Source: Thermoanaerobaculia bacterium | GTDB lineage: Bacteria; Acidobacteriota; Thermoanaerobaculia; Multivoradales; UBA5704 | Length of the DNA: 64,000 bases | Direction: 5' to 3' | NCBI GenBank assembly: GCA_035940855.1 | Contig: DASZEM010000025.1 | Span: forward strand, 8,067-72,066 | Part shown: positions 24,813 to 34,530 of the stretch, piece after piece | Layout of the letters: each line of letters starts with the position of its first letter | Position numbering within the stretch: position 1 is the first letter of the stretch | Translations under genes and position numbers: made by a program | Notes under the pieces: generated by a model | The model's input: the letters and a program-made list of their open reading frames with translations, nothing else | Databases searched by the model: none | What the model was told of the DNA's origin: nothing

Positions 24813-26438
24813 ATGAGGCAAGCGACCGACTCGACCAACCATGCCCTGACCGGGCTGCTCATCCTGGGCGGCATCGCCCTCTCGGGGCTCGTGCTGCTCA
24901 TGGTGGCCCAGGCGGGAGGGGCCCAGAACTGGCTCTTCAACGCCTTCCTGCTGGTGGCGGCCGCCACGGTGGCGCTCTACGCCCGGGTCGTCTACCGCTC
25001 CCAGCAGGGCCTGCGCGAGCGGGTGGAGGCGACGGAGCACCGGCGCGAGGCGATCGAGCGGACGCTGGTGGCGGCGCTCGACCGGCTGCGCGACGGCGAC
25101 CTGGTGAACTGCTCGGAGCATTCGGATTCGCTGCCCGGGCGGCTGGCCGTGTCGCTCTCGAACGCCACCAACGCCCTCGACGTGCTGGCCCAGCAGATCC
25201 AGACGAGCTCGATCGAGGTGGCCTCGGCGGCCAACTCGGTCAACGAGATCGCCTCGGAGCTGGCCTCGGGCTCCTCGCAGCAGGCGGCCTCGGTGGTGGA
25301 GATCACGGCCGCCATGGAGGAGCTGGCCCGGACCGCCTCGCAGATCGCCGACAACGCCGCCTCGCAGGCCGACCTGGCGCAGGCGGCCGAGGAGAGCGGC
25401 ACGGCCGGCCAGGGGGCCGTGGAAGAGGCGGTCGAGGGGATCGAGGAGGTCAAGAAGCGGATCAGCGGCATCGCGAGCCGCGCCGAGATCCTGGGCACGC
25501 GCTCCAAGGAGATCTACCGCGTGCTCGACCTGATCACGGAGATCGCCCAGGAGACGCACATCCTGTCGCTCAACGCCGCCATCGAGGCGGCCGCCGCGGG
25601 CGACCACGGCCGGCGTTTCTCCGTGGTGGCCGAGGAGGTGCGGCGGCTGGCCCAGCGCTCCCAGGAGTCGGTGGAATCGGTGCGCAACCTGCTCGACGAG
25701 TTCGCCGGCTCGATCCGCGCCACGGTCGTCGCCACCGAGGAGGGGAGCACGGAGGCGGGCCGGGTGCTGGCGCGGGCCCGCTCGGCGGCCTCGGCCATCG
25801 AGGACCTGCGCGGCGCCTCCTCCGACACCGCCCGCGTGGCGCGCGAGATCTCGCTCGCCACCCAGCAGCAGAACGCCGCCTCGGATGAAGTGGTGCTCAC
25901 CTTGAAGGAGGTGAGCCAGGTGGTGCAGCGCATGGCCGACGGCCTGAAGCACTTCACGGAGACGGCCGACCGGCTGAACCGCCTGGGGCTGGTGATCCAG
26001 ATGCTGGCCCAGTCCTTCCACCTCGATTCGCCTCACTCGCTCAAGCACATGGCCGAGATCTGGTCGCGCGAGGTGCGGCGCCGGCTGGGCAACTGGGAGT
26101 CGATCGAGCGGCTGCTCGAGGACATCGTCCGCCAGCAGACCTATGTGGAGTGCCTCTACTTCTTCGACGGCCGGCGCAACCAGACGGCGCTCGTGGTCAA
26201 CCGCCAGATCGTGGGCGACCGCGAGGTGCCGGCGGGGGTCAAGACGGGCGAGGGCTTCGCCGAGCGGCCCTGGTACAAGGCGGCGGTGCGCGAGGGGCAC
26301 ACGATCCTGACGCCGCTGTTCAACTCGCTGCTGTCCGGCCAGCCCATCTTCACCGCCGCCTCGCCCGTGTACGAGAAGGGGGAGCTCGAAGGGGTGCTCG
26401 GGCTGGACGTCAACGTCGACAGTTGGACCAAGATCTGA
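24813..26438 (+). CDS. Methyl-accepting chemoreceptor with C-terminal Cache-like domain (MCP2)
   Basis: Same architecture as MCP1; signalling core nearly identical; C-terminal RPWYKAA...SGQPIFTAASPV...GVLGLDV. Confidence 0.9.
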   Translation: MRQATDSTNHALTGLLILGGIALSGLVLLMVAQAGGAQNWLFNAFLLVAAATVALYARVVYRSQQGLRERVEATEHRREAIERTLVAALDRLRDGDLVNCSEHSDSLPGRLAVSLSNATNALDVLAQQIQTSSIEVASAANSVNEIASELASGSSQQAASVVEITAAMEELARTASQIADNAASQADLAQAAEESGTAGQGAVEEAVEGIEEVKKRISGIASRAEILGTRSKEIYRVLDLITEIAQETHILSLNAAIEAAAAGDHGRRFSVVAEEVRRLAQRSQESVESVRNLLDEFAGSIRATVVATEEGSTEAGRVLARARSAASAIEDLRGASSDTARVAREISLATQQQNAASDEVVLTLKEVSQVVQRMADGLKHFTETADRLNRLGLVIQMLAQSFHLDSPHSLKHMAEIWSREVRRRLGNWESIERLLEDIVRQQTYVECLYFFDGRRNQTALVVNRQIVGDREVPAGVKTGEGFAERPWYKAAVREGHTILTPLFNSLLSGQPIFTAASPVYEKGELEGVLGLDVNVDSWTKI

Positions 26439-26451
26439 TCCTGGGGCGGCC

Positions 26452-28626
26452 TTGGACGCGGAGTTCGCCGATCTCGTCCCCCTCTTCGTGGAGGAAGCCC
26501 GCGACCGCCTGGAGCGGCTCGCCACCAGCGTGCCTCACCTGGAGGCCGACCCTCAGTCCATGGTGGAGGCCAAGCGCGAGCTGCACACGCTGAAGGGGGC
26601 GGGCCGCATGATGCGGATCGGCGCCCTGGCCGAGCTGTGCCACGCCGCCGAGGAGGTGCTGCATGCCTCCAAGCCGGGCATGATCCCCCTGCTGACGCGG
26701 GTGGTGGACGAGCTTTCGTCGCTGGTGGAATCCGTCTCCCGGGGCGAGGAGCCGCCGGTGGACGCGGAGCTGGTGAAGCTGCTGCGCTCCTCGGCGGATG
26801 ATGGCGGGGGGGCCCCGGCCCCGGCCCTGGCTCCGAAGCCCGAGCCCATCCCCGAGCCCGCTCCGGAGCCCGAACCGGCTCCCTCCGCGCCGCCCCCACC
26901 GCCCCTGTCGCCCCTGTCGTCCTTGCCGTCCCCGCAGGCCTCGCCGGCCCCCGCGGCCAAAACCGCGCCCGCGCCCACCACCACCGGCGACGTGCGGGTG
27001 GACGCCGGCGCGCTCGACGCCGTGGCCGAGCGGGCCACGCAGGTGCGCATCATGGCCATCGCCGGGCGGCAGATCACGGACCGCATCTACGACCTCGCCC
27101 GCCTGGCCGAGGACGGCCTCCACGAGCCGCAGCCCACGCAGGTGCTGGCCGTGCTCGCCACCATGCTGCGCCGGGTGGCGGTCGAGCTGGAGGGCGGGCA
27201 GCGCCGGCTCATCCGTTCCGCGGAAGAGCAGCTCGAGAAGATGCTGGCCCTCCAGCTCCAGCCCATGCGGGGCTTCATGCTCTCCTTCGCCCGCTACGCC
27301 CGGGAGCTGGCGCGCTCGCTCGGGCGGGAGGTCGAGGTGGACTTGGAGGGCGAGGAGACCCGGCTCGACCGGCGGATCGCCCGCGAGCTCGAAGAGGCGC
27401 TCGTCCACCTGATCCGCAACGCCGTGGACCACGGCATCGAGCCGCCCGAGGTGCGGGAGGCGCGGGGCAAGCCGCGGGCCGGCCGCATCCGCATCAAGGC
27501 TCTGGCGGACGGGCCCAAGGTGCGCCTGGTGATCGAGGACGACGGCGGCGGCATCGACATCGCGCGGGTGCTCCAGAAGGCGGTGGACGTGGGGCTCGTG
27601 GACGCGGGAGTCGCCGCCGGCATGGGCAAGAAGGAGGCCCTGCGGCTGCTCTTCGCGCCGGGGTTCTCGACCCGCAAGCAGGTGTCGGAGATCTCCGGGC
27701 GCGGCGTGGGGCTCGACGTGGTGGCCAACGCCGTGGCCCGCGTGGGCGGCGAGGTCTTCGTGGACACCGAGCCCCGCCGCGGCACCACGTTCACGGTGGA
27801 CGTGCCCGTCGCCCGGCGCGGCGAGTCGGTGATGCTGCTGCGGGTGGGGCAGCTCAAGATCGCGCTTCCGGCCTCGGTCGTCCGCCGGGCCACGCGCGTC
27901 GAGGCCGGAGCCGTGGTGGAGCGCGACGGCCGCACGATGGCCATGCTCCCGGACCGGCTGGTCCCCTTCGTGCCGCTGTCGCGCATTTATGGTCAACCCG
28001 CGGCCGAGAGCCAGCTCCTGCTGGAGGGGATCGTCTCCGGGCAGCCGCTGGCGCTGGCGGTGGACGACGTGTTCGGTGAGCAGGAGGTGCTGGTGCGCCC
28101 CATCACCCGGCGGGCGCCCACGGACCGGCTGCTCGAAGGCGTGGCTATGCTGGCCTCGGGCGAGCCGGTGGGCGTGCTCTCGCCCTCCGTCCTCGCCCAG
28201 CGCGAGTACCTGCGGGCCCTGCCGGCGGCCCGGCCCGTGGTGGCCGTGCGGCGGACGCGGGTGCTGCTGGTGGACGACTCGCTGGTGACCCGCGAGATGG
28301 AGCGGCGCCTGCTCGAGGACGCCGGCTTTGAAGTGGTGGCCGCGGGCGACGCCGAGGAGGCCCTGTCGCTCCTGGGCGAGGAGAGCTTCGACTGCGTGGT
28401 CACCGACATCGAGATGCCGCGCATGGACGGCTTCGAGCTGGCGGCCCAGCTCCGGGGCATGGAGCACTTCGCGCAGCTCCCCATCATCGTCGTCTCCACC
28501 CGCGACCGGCCGGAGGACCGCCTGCGCGGCCTCAAGGTCGGCGCCGACGCCTATCTCACCAAGCAGAGCCTGGACGCGGGGGAATTGGTGGACCTCGTCC
28601 GCCGGTTGAGCGGGAGCGGACGATGA
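26452..28626 (+). CDS. cheA: Hybrid CheA (Hpt, Pro-rich linker, HATPase, CheW, REC)
   Basis: ELHTLKG, HLIRNAVDHGIE, IEDDGGG, PGFST, SGRGVGLDVV, C-terminal REC LLVDD...VTDIEMP. Confidence 0.95.
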   Translation: MDAEFADLVPLFVEEARDRLERLATSVPHLEADPQSMVEAKRELHTLKGAGRMMRIGALAELCHAAEEVLHASKPGMIPLLTRVVDELSSLVESVSRGEEPPVDAELVKLLRSSADDGGGAPAPALAPKPEPIPEPAPEPEPAPSAPPPPPLSPLSSLPSPQASPAPAAKTAPAPTTTGDVRVDAGALDAVAERATQVRIMAIAGRQITDRIYDLARLAEDGLHEPQPTQVLAVLATMLRRVAVELEGGQRRLIRSAEEQLEKMLALQLQPMRGFMLSFARYARELARSLGREVEVDLEGEETRLDRRIARELEEALVHLIRNAVDHGIEPPEVREARGKPRAGRIRIKALADGPKVRLVIEDDGGGIDIARVLQKAVDVGLVDAGVAAGMGKKEALRLLFAPGFSTRKQVSEISGRGVGLDVVANAVARVGGEVFVDTEPRRGTTFTVDVPVARRGESVMLLRVGQLKIALPASVVRRATRVEAGAVVERDGRTMAMLPDRLVPFVPLSRIYGQPAAESQLLLEGIVSGQPLALAVDDVFGEQEVLVRPITRRAPTDRLLEGVAMLASGEPVGVLSPSVLAQREYLRALPAARPVVAVRRTRVLLVDDSLVTREMERRLLEDAGFEVVAAGDAEEALSLLGEESFDCVVTDIEMPRMDGFELAAQLRGMEHFAQLPIIVVSTRDRPEDRLRGLKVGADAYLTKQSLDAGELVDLVRRLSGSGR

Positions 28627-28660
28627 CGCTGATGGCGCTGATGAAGAAGAGGTTCCTGGT

Positions 28661-29731
28661 TTGATCCGTGTCCTGCTGGTGGACGACTCGCCCTCGGTGA
28701 GGGCGGTGCTGCGGCGTTTCTTCTCGCGCACGCGGGACATCAAGGTCGTCGGCGAGGCCGCCGACGGCGAGCAGGCCGTGCAGGCCGTGCTCGACCTCCA
28801 GCCGCAGGTCGTGGTGATGGACCTCCAGATGCCGGTGCTCGACGGCTACGAGGCCACCGAGCGGATCATGGCGGTGCGCCCGACCCCCATCGTCGTCCTC
28901 TCCTCGCGAGCCAATCGAAATCAGATTCAGACCGCCTTCGAGGCCATGAAGCGGGGTGCCCTGGAGGTGCTGCCCAAGCCCGAGGACACGCCGAGCTGGC
29001 AACAGCTCGCCGAGAGCCTGCCGGAGACGGTGCGCACGGTGGCCGAGGCCCAGGCCGCCCCCCGCCGGAGCCCGCGCCCGCGCCCGCACCCGCAGACATC
29101 GCGGACGAGGACCGCCCTTGGTCCGGAGGCCCTGCCGGCCGCCCCGTCCGAGCTGCGCTGGGTGGCGATCGGCGCCTCGACGGGCGGGCCGGCCGCCATC
29201 CGCGAGCTCCTGGCAGAGATCCCGGCCGAGGCTCCGTTGGGCGTCGTGATCGTGCAGCACATCGCCTCGGGCTTCGAGCTGGGCTTCGCCGACTGGCTCA
29301 ACAAGGAGCTCCCCTTCGACGTGCGGCTGGCCCAGGACGGCGAGGCGCTCCGCCCCGGCGCCGTGCGCCTGGCCCCGGGCGGCGCCCATCTGCGCGTGGA
29401 AGCCGGGGGCGTGCTGCGCCTCGATCCCGACACGCCGGCGCGGCGCGGCCACCGGCCGTCGGTGGACGAGATGTTCCTCTCCTGCGCCGCCCACTGCCCC
29501 CACGAGGTGGCCGGGGTGCTGATGACGGGCATGGGCGCCGACGGCGTCGAGGGCCTGCTCGCGCTGCGCCAGGCCGGCGGCGTCACCCTGGTGCAGGACG
29601 AGGCGAGCTCCGCCGTCTTCGGCATGCCCCGCGTGGCGCTGGAGAAGGGCGCGGCCGACGTGGCCCTGCCGCCGCGGGCCCTGGCCCGCGCCCTGGCGCG
29701 CCTGTGGCAGAAGAAGGAGGAGGAGCGGTGA
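28661..29731 (+). CDS. cheB: CheB methylesterase with N-terminal REC domain
   Basis: IGASTGG, IVQHI, HRPSVD, GVLMTGMGADG catalytic motifs; TTG start. Confidence 0.95.
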   Translation: MIRVLLVDDSPSVRAVLRRFFSRTRDIKVVGEAADGEQAVQAVLDLQPQVVVMDLQMPVLDGYEATERIMAVRPTPIVVLSSRANRNQIQTAFEAMKRGALEVLPKPEDTPSWQQLAESLPETVRTVAEAQAAPRRSPRPRPHPQTSRTRTALGPEALPAAPSELRWVAIGASTGGPAAIRELLAEIPAEAPLGVVIVQHIASGFELGFADWLNKELPFDVRLAQDGEALRPGAVRLAPGGAHLRVEAGGVLRLDPDTPARRGHRPSVDEMFLSCAAHCPHEVAGVLMTGMGADGVEGLLALRQAGGVTLVQDEASSAVFGMPRVALEKGAADVALPPRALARALARLWQKKEEER

Positions 29732-31161
29732 ACCGGCGCGTCCTGGTGGTGGACGACAGCGAGGTGACGCGGGCGATCCTCTCGCGCACCCTGCGCGCCG
29801 CCGGCTTCGAGGTCCTGGAGGCCCGCGACGGGGCCGAGGGCGCCATGGCCGCCCTGCGCGAGCAGCCCGCCGTGGTGGTGACCGACCTCGAGATGCCCAC
29901 CATGGACGGCTTCCCCCTGCTGCGGCTGCTCAAGGCGGACCCCGCGAGCTGCCACATCCCGGTGCTGATCCTGACCAGCCACGGCGAGGCGGCCTCCCGC
30001 TACTGGAGCCTGCGCACGGGGGCGGACGCCTACCTCACCAAGGACTTCCATCCCGGGGACCTCGTCAAGCTCGTCTCCCGGCTCACCGAGGCCGCCGCCG
30101 CGTCGCCGCGCGCGGTCCTGGTGGACTCCGCGGACCTCCAGGCCCTGGGGCCCGTCGAGGTGCTGGCCCGGGTGGCGCGCCACCTCGACGCTTCGCTGCT
30201 CCAGGCCACGGTCCTCAACACGCTCCTCGAAGGGGGCATGGCCGCCGGCGACTTCCACGAGGCCGCCCACGGCGCCCTGGAGACCCTGGGCCAGGTGGTG
30301 GACGCCCAGTTCCTGGCCGTGGCCGTGGCGGAGGCCGACTCCGCCATGATCCAGATCCTCCTCCAGGATCCGGTCCGCCAGACCGACGTCGAGGTCCTGG
30401 GCGATCTGCTGGCGCGCCGGCTCGGCCTCCTGCCCGGCTCCGCGGTCGAGACCCGCGTCAGCGGGGACGGCGGAGACGTGGCGGTCGAGCTGGAGCGCAC
30501 GGTCTGGCTCCCCCTCTCGGTGCGCGGCGCCGCGGGCACCCTGGCGTTCCTGCCCCGGGACCCGAACGAGATGCCGGCTTCGACCGTCGCGCTGGTGGGA
30601 GCCCTGACCAGCCATCTCGCCATGGTGCTCGACAACGCCCGGCTCTCCCAGCGGCTCCACGAGCTCTCGACGCTGGACGGCCTCACCCGCCAGCTCAACC
30701 ACCGCGTGATCTACGACCGGCTCACCGAGGAGCTGGAGCGGGCGCGCCGTTACCGGTATCCCTTGAGCGTGGTGCTCTGCGACTTCGACCACTTCAAGGA
30801 AGTCAACGACACCCACGGCCACCTGGCCGGCGACGCCGTGCTGCGAGAGGGCGCGGCCGTGCTGCGGCGGTGCCTGCGGACGACCGACCTGCTGGGGCGC
30901 TACGGCGGCGAGGAGTTCCTGGCCGTGCTGCCGCAGGTCGACCTCGCCGGGGCGCGCATGGCGGCCGAGCGGCTGCGCCAGGGACTGGAGAACCACTCGG
31001 TGCGGCTCTCGGGCGGCCGTGAGGTGCGGATCACGGGCTCCTTCGGCGTCGCCTCCCGCGACGAGGTGGCCAACCTCGAGAGCGGCGACGTCCTGGTGTC
31101 GCTGGCGGACGGCCGCCTCTACGAAGCCAAGGCCGCCGGCCGGAACCTCGTGCGTCCATGA
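29728..31161 (+). CDS. Response-regulator diguanylate cyclase (REC-GAF-like-GGDEF)
   Basis: REC (VTDLEMP), DGLT...N, DFDHFKEVNDTHGH, RTTD I-site, RYGGEEF, YEAK..GRN. Confidence 0.93.
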   Translation: MNRRVLVVDDSEVTRAILSRTLRAAGFEVLEARDGAEGAMAALREQPAVVVTDLEMPTMDGFPLLRLLKADPASCHIPVLILTSHGEAASRYWSLRTGADAYLTKDFHPGDLVKLVSRLTEAAAASPRAVLVDSADLQALGPVEVLARVARHLDASLLQATVLNTLLEGGMAAGDFHEAAHGALETLGQVVDAQFLAVAVAEADSAMIQILLQDPVRQTDVEVLGDLLARRLGLLPGSAVETRVSGDGGDVAVELERTVWLPLSVRGAAGTLAFLPRDPNEMPASTVALVGALTSHLAMVLDNARLSQRLHELSTLDGLTRQLNHRVIYDRLTEELERARRYRYPLSVVLCDFDHFKEVNDTHGHLAGDAVLREGAAVLRRCLRTTDLLGRYGGEEFLAVLPQVDLAGARMAAERLRQGLENHSVRLSGGREVRITGSFGVASRDEVANLESGDVLVSLADGRLYEAKAAGRNLVRP

Positions 31162-32519
31162 GCCAGTCCGCGGCCGCCTCGCCGGTGCAGCAGCTCGTCT
31201 CGCTGATCCGCGAGGCCACGGGCAACGTCATCCCGCCGGCCCGCGTGGGCTTCCTCGAGGACGTGGCCGAGCGGCGGGCGCACGCCCGGGGCTATCCGGG
31301 GATCGCGGAGTACGTCGAGGCCCTGGCCGGGCGCGAGATCGAGGGCGAGTGGGGCCATCTGATCTCGCTCGTCACCATCAAGGAGTCGTACTTCTTCCGC
31401 GCGCCGCAGCAGTTCGAGGTCATCCGGCAGCAGGTCCTGCCGGTCCTGGTGCGGGCCCGCTCCGCGGCGCGCAGCCTGCGGATCTGGTCGGCCGCCTGCG
31501 CCCGGGGCGAGGAGCCGTCGACGCTCGCGATCCTGCTCTCCGAGGAGCCGTCGCTCGCGGGGTGGGAGTGGACCATCGTCGCGACCGACCTCGACGAGGA
31601 GGCGCTGGCCGGCGCCCGGCTGGGGCTCTACGGCGAGCGCGCCGTCTCCCAGGTGCCGCCCGCTCTGCTGGAGCGCTGGTTCACCCGCCGCGGCAAGCTC
31701 TACGAGCTCGATCCCGCGATCCGTTCGCGCATCCAGTACCAGGCGCTCAACCTCTCGCAGACGCCGTTCGCGCTCCCGTTCGCCGAGTGTGACCTCGTGC
31801 TGTTGCGGAACGTCCTGATCTACTTCCGCCGGCCGCTCCAGCGCCTGGTCGTCTCGCACATCGCGCGCCTCCTGGCGCCCCAGGGCTATCTGTTCCTGGG
31901 TGCCTCGGAGACGCTCTGGCAGATCCAGGACGAGCTCGAATCGGTCGATCTGGGGCCCTGCTTCGCCTACCGGCACCGCACGGCGCCCCGGCCCGAGCCT
32001 GCCGCGCCAAGAAAACCGAAGTCGGCGCCGGCCCCGGCCCCGCCGGTGGAGAAGCCTGGGACCGCCGCGCCGCCGGTCCCGAAGCCGGCGCCCGCTCCCG
32101 CGATCCTCCAGCCTCTGGGGGTGCACGAGCGGCTGCTCGCCGCGGCCCGCGACCTGGCGGCGAACCGGATCGACGAGGCCGCCAAGGTCATCGGGCAGGC
32201 CCTGGCCGCGGATCCGTCCGAGCCGGCGGCCCACGCCCTGGAGGGCTTCCTGAACGATCTGCGCGGACGCACCGAGGACGCCGTCTCCTCCTACCGCGCG
32301 GCCCTCTACCTCGATCCGGCCCTCTTCCAGGTCCGGGTCCTGCTGGCCGACTGCCTCCTGCGTCTCGGCCACCGCGACCGTGCCGAGCACCAGTTCCGGG
32401 AGGTCCTCACCCTCCTGGCGGGCGGACGCGAGCGGGCGTTGATCCTCTTCGAGGATCTGCCGCTGCCGGACCGGGAACGGGCCCAGCGGCGGTGCCGGCA
32501 GGTGCTCAAGGGGCAATAA
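31158..32519 (+). CDS. cheR: CheR methyltransferase with C-terminal TPR (WspC-like)
   Basis: ESYFFR, IWSAACARGEEP, LRNVLIYF, C-terminal TPR helices (YRAALYLDP). Confidence 0.92.
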   Translation: MSQSAAASPVQQLVSLIREATGNVIPPARVGFLEDVAERRAHARGYPGIAEYVEALAGREIEGEWGHLISLVTIKESYFFRAPQQFEVIRQQVLPVLVRARSAARSLRIWSAACARGEEPSTLAILLSEEPSLAGWEWTIVATDLDEEALAGARLGLYGERAVSQVPPALLERWFTRRGKLYELDPAIRSRIQYQALNLSQTPFALPFAECDLVLLRNVLIYFRRPLQRLVVSHIARLLAPQGYLFLGASETLWQIQDELESVDLGPCFAYRHRTAPRPEPAAPRKPKSAPAPAPPVEKPGTAAPPVPKPAPAPAILQPLGVHERLLAAARDLAANRIDEAAKVIGQALAADPSEPAAHALEGFLNDLRGRTEDAVSSYRAALYLDPALFQVRVLLADCLLRLGHRDRAEHQFREVLTLLAGGRERALILFEDLPLPDRERAQRRCRQVLKGQ

Positions 32520-32538
32520 ATCGTCTCGATCGAGATCC

Positions 32539-32567
32539 TGGACATCCGCAAGACTCGGCTATACAAT
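32539..32567 (+). promoter_or_regulatory. Sigma70-type promoter for the small ORF/SDH protease pair
   Basis: TGGACA - 17 bp - TACAAT. Confidence 0.55.
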
Positions 32568-32597
32568 ATGCGTGTGATGAGGGAGGATGGAGACGAC

Positions 32598-32792
32598 ATG
32601 CGCGATCGAAATGCTGGCTACGAGTTGCTTCGCGATAGGGAGCATCTGGAGCAACGCCATCCGGATCTGGTTTCCAGCTACCAGTCCTTCCTGCGCGACT
32701 TCGCCCAGTTCCAGGAGTCCTGGAAACAGTTCGAGGTAAAGCCCGAAAAGAAGCCTCCAGTCTCCTCACCCTTTGCTGCCCGCTTGAAATAA
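32598..32792 (+). CDS. Small hypothetical protein (64 aa)
   Basis: GGAG RBS before MRDRNAG; stop 6 nt before the protease start. Confidence 0.55.
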   Translation: MRDRNAGYELLRDREHLEQRHPDLVSSYQSFLRDFAQFQESWKQFEVKPEKKPPVSSPFAARLK

Positions 32793-32798
32793 GAACCG

Positions 32799-33679
32799 AT
32801 GTCGGTCGCCGACACCGGTCCGAGCCGGTCTCCTCTCTACGAGGCCCTCCACGCGAAGCGGTACCAACGCCAGGATCTGATCCGTGGGATTGAAGAGCGG
32901 ACGGGACGGCGGCTTGCGGTCTATTTTGCGAACCTGAGCCACAGCGAAGGGAGTATCTCTCCTGAGGATATCGCTCCGCTCCACGACATTCTTTTCGACT
33001 GCGAGAGCGGTTGCGATCTCGATCTCCTCCTGCAGAGCCCTGGAGGGGATATCGACAGTGCCGAGAAGCTCGTCTACATGATCCGTGAACGGGTCCGCAG
33101 CCTGCGGATCCTCGTGGTGGAGCGCGCGAAGAGCGCAGCCACTCTCATGCGCTCGCCTCGGATGAGATCCTGATGAGCTCCACCTCAGAGCTCGGACCTA
33201 TCGATCCACAGGTCACCACTTTTGCCGCCGATGGCCGTCCGCTCCAGCGGCCGGCCCGCTCCTTTCTGGATGGCCTTGAGCAGATCAAGAGAAGCGTCGT
33301 GGGGGAGGGGGACCTCAATCCTGCTTACTACCCTCTTCTCCACCAGCTCGACCCAGCTTTACTCGACTTCTGTGAGAAGGCGATCCGCCGTTCGGAACAG
33401 TTCGCCGAGAAATGGCTGGTCAAGTTCATGCTGCGCGAGGATCCCGGCCAGGCGGGGCGGATCGCGAAGCGCCTGACGGACGTTGAGCAATACCGGTCCC
33501 ACGGCATGGTCATTGACTGGAGGGAAGCGGAGGACATTGGGCTCCGGGTCTCTTTTCTGGTGACGGACGATCCGCTCTGGCAGCAGCTCTGGAGTCTTTT
33601 CCTGGCCTATCAGATCGAATGTGTCCAGCAAAACTTCGCGAAGATCTTCGAGACTCGTAAGGTTTCCCTCTCCTGGTAG
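32799..33679 (+). pseudogene. SDH_sah/ClpP-class serine protease split by a 1-nt frameshift
   Basis: LLLQSPGG and AKSAATLM in the first frame, ELGPIDPQ and SHG..ID in the second; one G missing after 33149 restores ATLMALASDEILMS. Confidence 0.8.
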
Positions 33680-33732
33680 CCTGGGTTTCGCGGTTTGCGG
33701 GGCCGGCCCCCCAAGAGGTACATTCGGCCCGT

Positions 33733-34530
33733 ATGGCGACCGCCCGTCCCCCCGCCGTAGCCGGCCTGTTCTATCCCGGCAACGCCGCCGAGCTGAAGTC
33801 GATGGTGGAAGGCTTCCTGCGCGAGGCTCCCGCCAGTGGAAACGGCCCGGCACCCAAGGCCGTCATCGCGCCCCACGCGGGGTACGTCTACTCCGGTCCC
33901 ATCGCCGCCAGCGCCTTCCGGACCCTTGCCTCCGTGGCGGGAACGATCCAGCGGGTGATCCTGATCGGACCGGCCCATTTCGTTCCGATCCGCGGCCTTG
34001 CGCTGCCGGGGCATTCGCGGTTCGCGACGCCCCTGGGCGAAGTGACGGTGCAGCCCGAGGGCGCCCAGGCGTCCCTCCGCCTGCCTCAGGTCCGGGTGAT
34101 CCCCGAGGCCCACACCCGCGAGCACTCGCTGGAGGTGGAGCTTCCCTTCCTCCAGGCGCTGCTCGGGGATTTCGATCTCGTGCCGCTGGTGGCGGGGGAG
34201 GCGAGCGGCGAGGAGGTGGCCGAGGTGCTGGAGCGGCTCTGGGGCGGGCCGGAGACCCTGATCGTCATCAGCTCGGACCTTTCCCATTACCTCCCGTATG
34301 AGGCGGCGCAAAGGGCGGACCGGGCCACGGCGGACGAGATCCTCGCCCTGGGCGGCCCTCTCCATTCCCGCCAGGCCTGCGGCGCCGTGCCGGTCAACGG
34401 CCTGCTGGAGGCGGCGCGCCGGCGCGGGATGACTCCGGAGCTGCTCGACCTGCGCAACTCGGCTGACACGGCGGGAGATCCGTCGAGAGTGGTGGGCTAT
34501 GGAGCCTTCGCCTTCCATGAACGGTCCTGA
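33733..34530 (+). CDS. amrB: AmmeMemoRadiSam system protein B (MEMO1 family)
   Basis: RPPAVAGLFYP, APHAGYVYSG, REHSLEVELPFLQ, ISSDLSHY, VVGY. Confidence 0.95.
   Translation: MATARPPAVAGLFYPGNAAELKSMVEGFLREAPASGNGPAPKAVIAPHAGYVYSGPIAASAFRTLASVAGTIQRVILIGPAHFVPIRGLALPGHSRFATPLGEVTVQPEGAQASLRLPQVRVIPEAHTREHSLEVELPFLQALLGDFDLVPLVAGEASGEEVAEVLERLWGGPETLIVISSDLSHYLPYEAAQRADRATADEILALGGPLHSRQACGAVPVNGLLEAARRRGMTPELLDLRNSADTAGDPSRVVGYGAFAFHERS

Noticed and set aside
22780-26050. Long near-identical DNA repeats
   Set aside because: They are the conserved signalling domains of the two paralogous chemoreceptors, not a mobile element
33140-33175. Programmed ribosomal frameshift in the protease
   Set aside because: No slippery heptamer or homopolymer run; a simple 1-nt loss explains it
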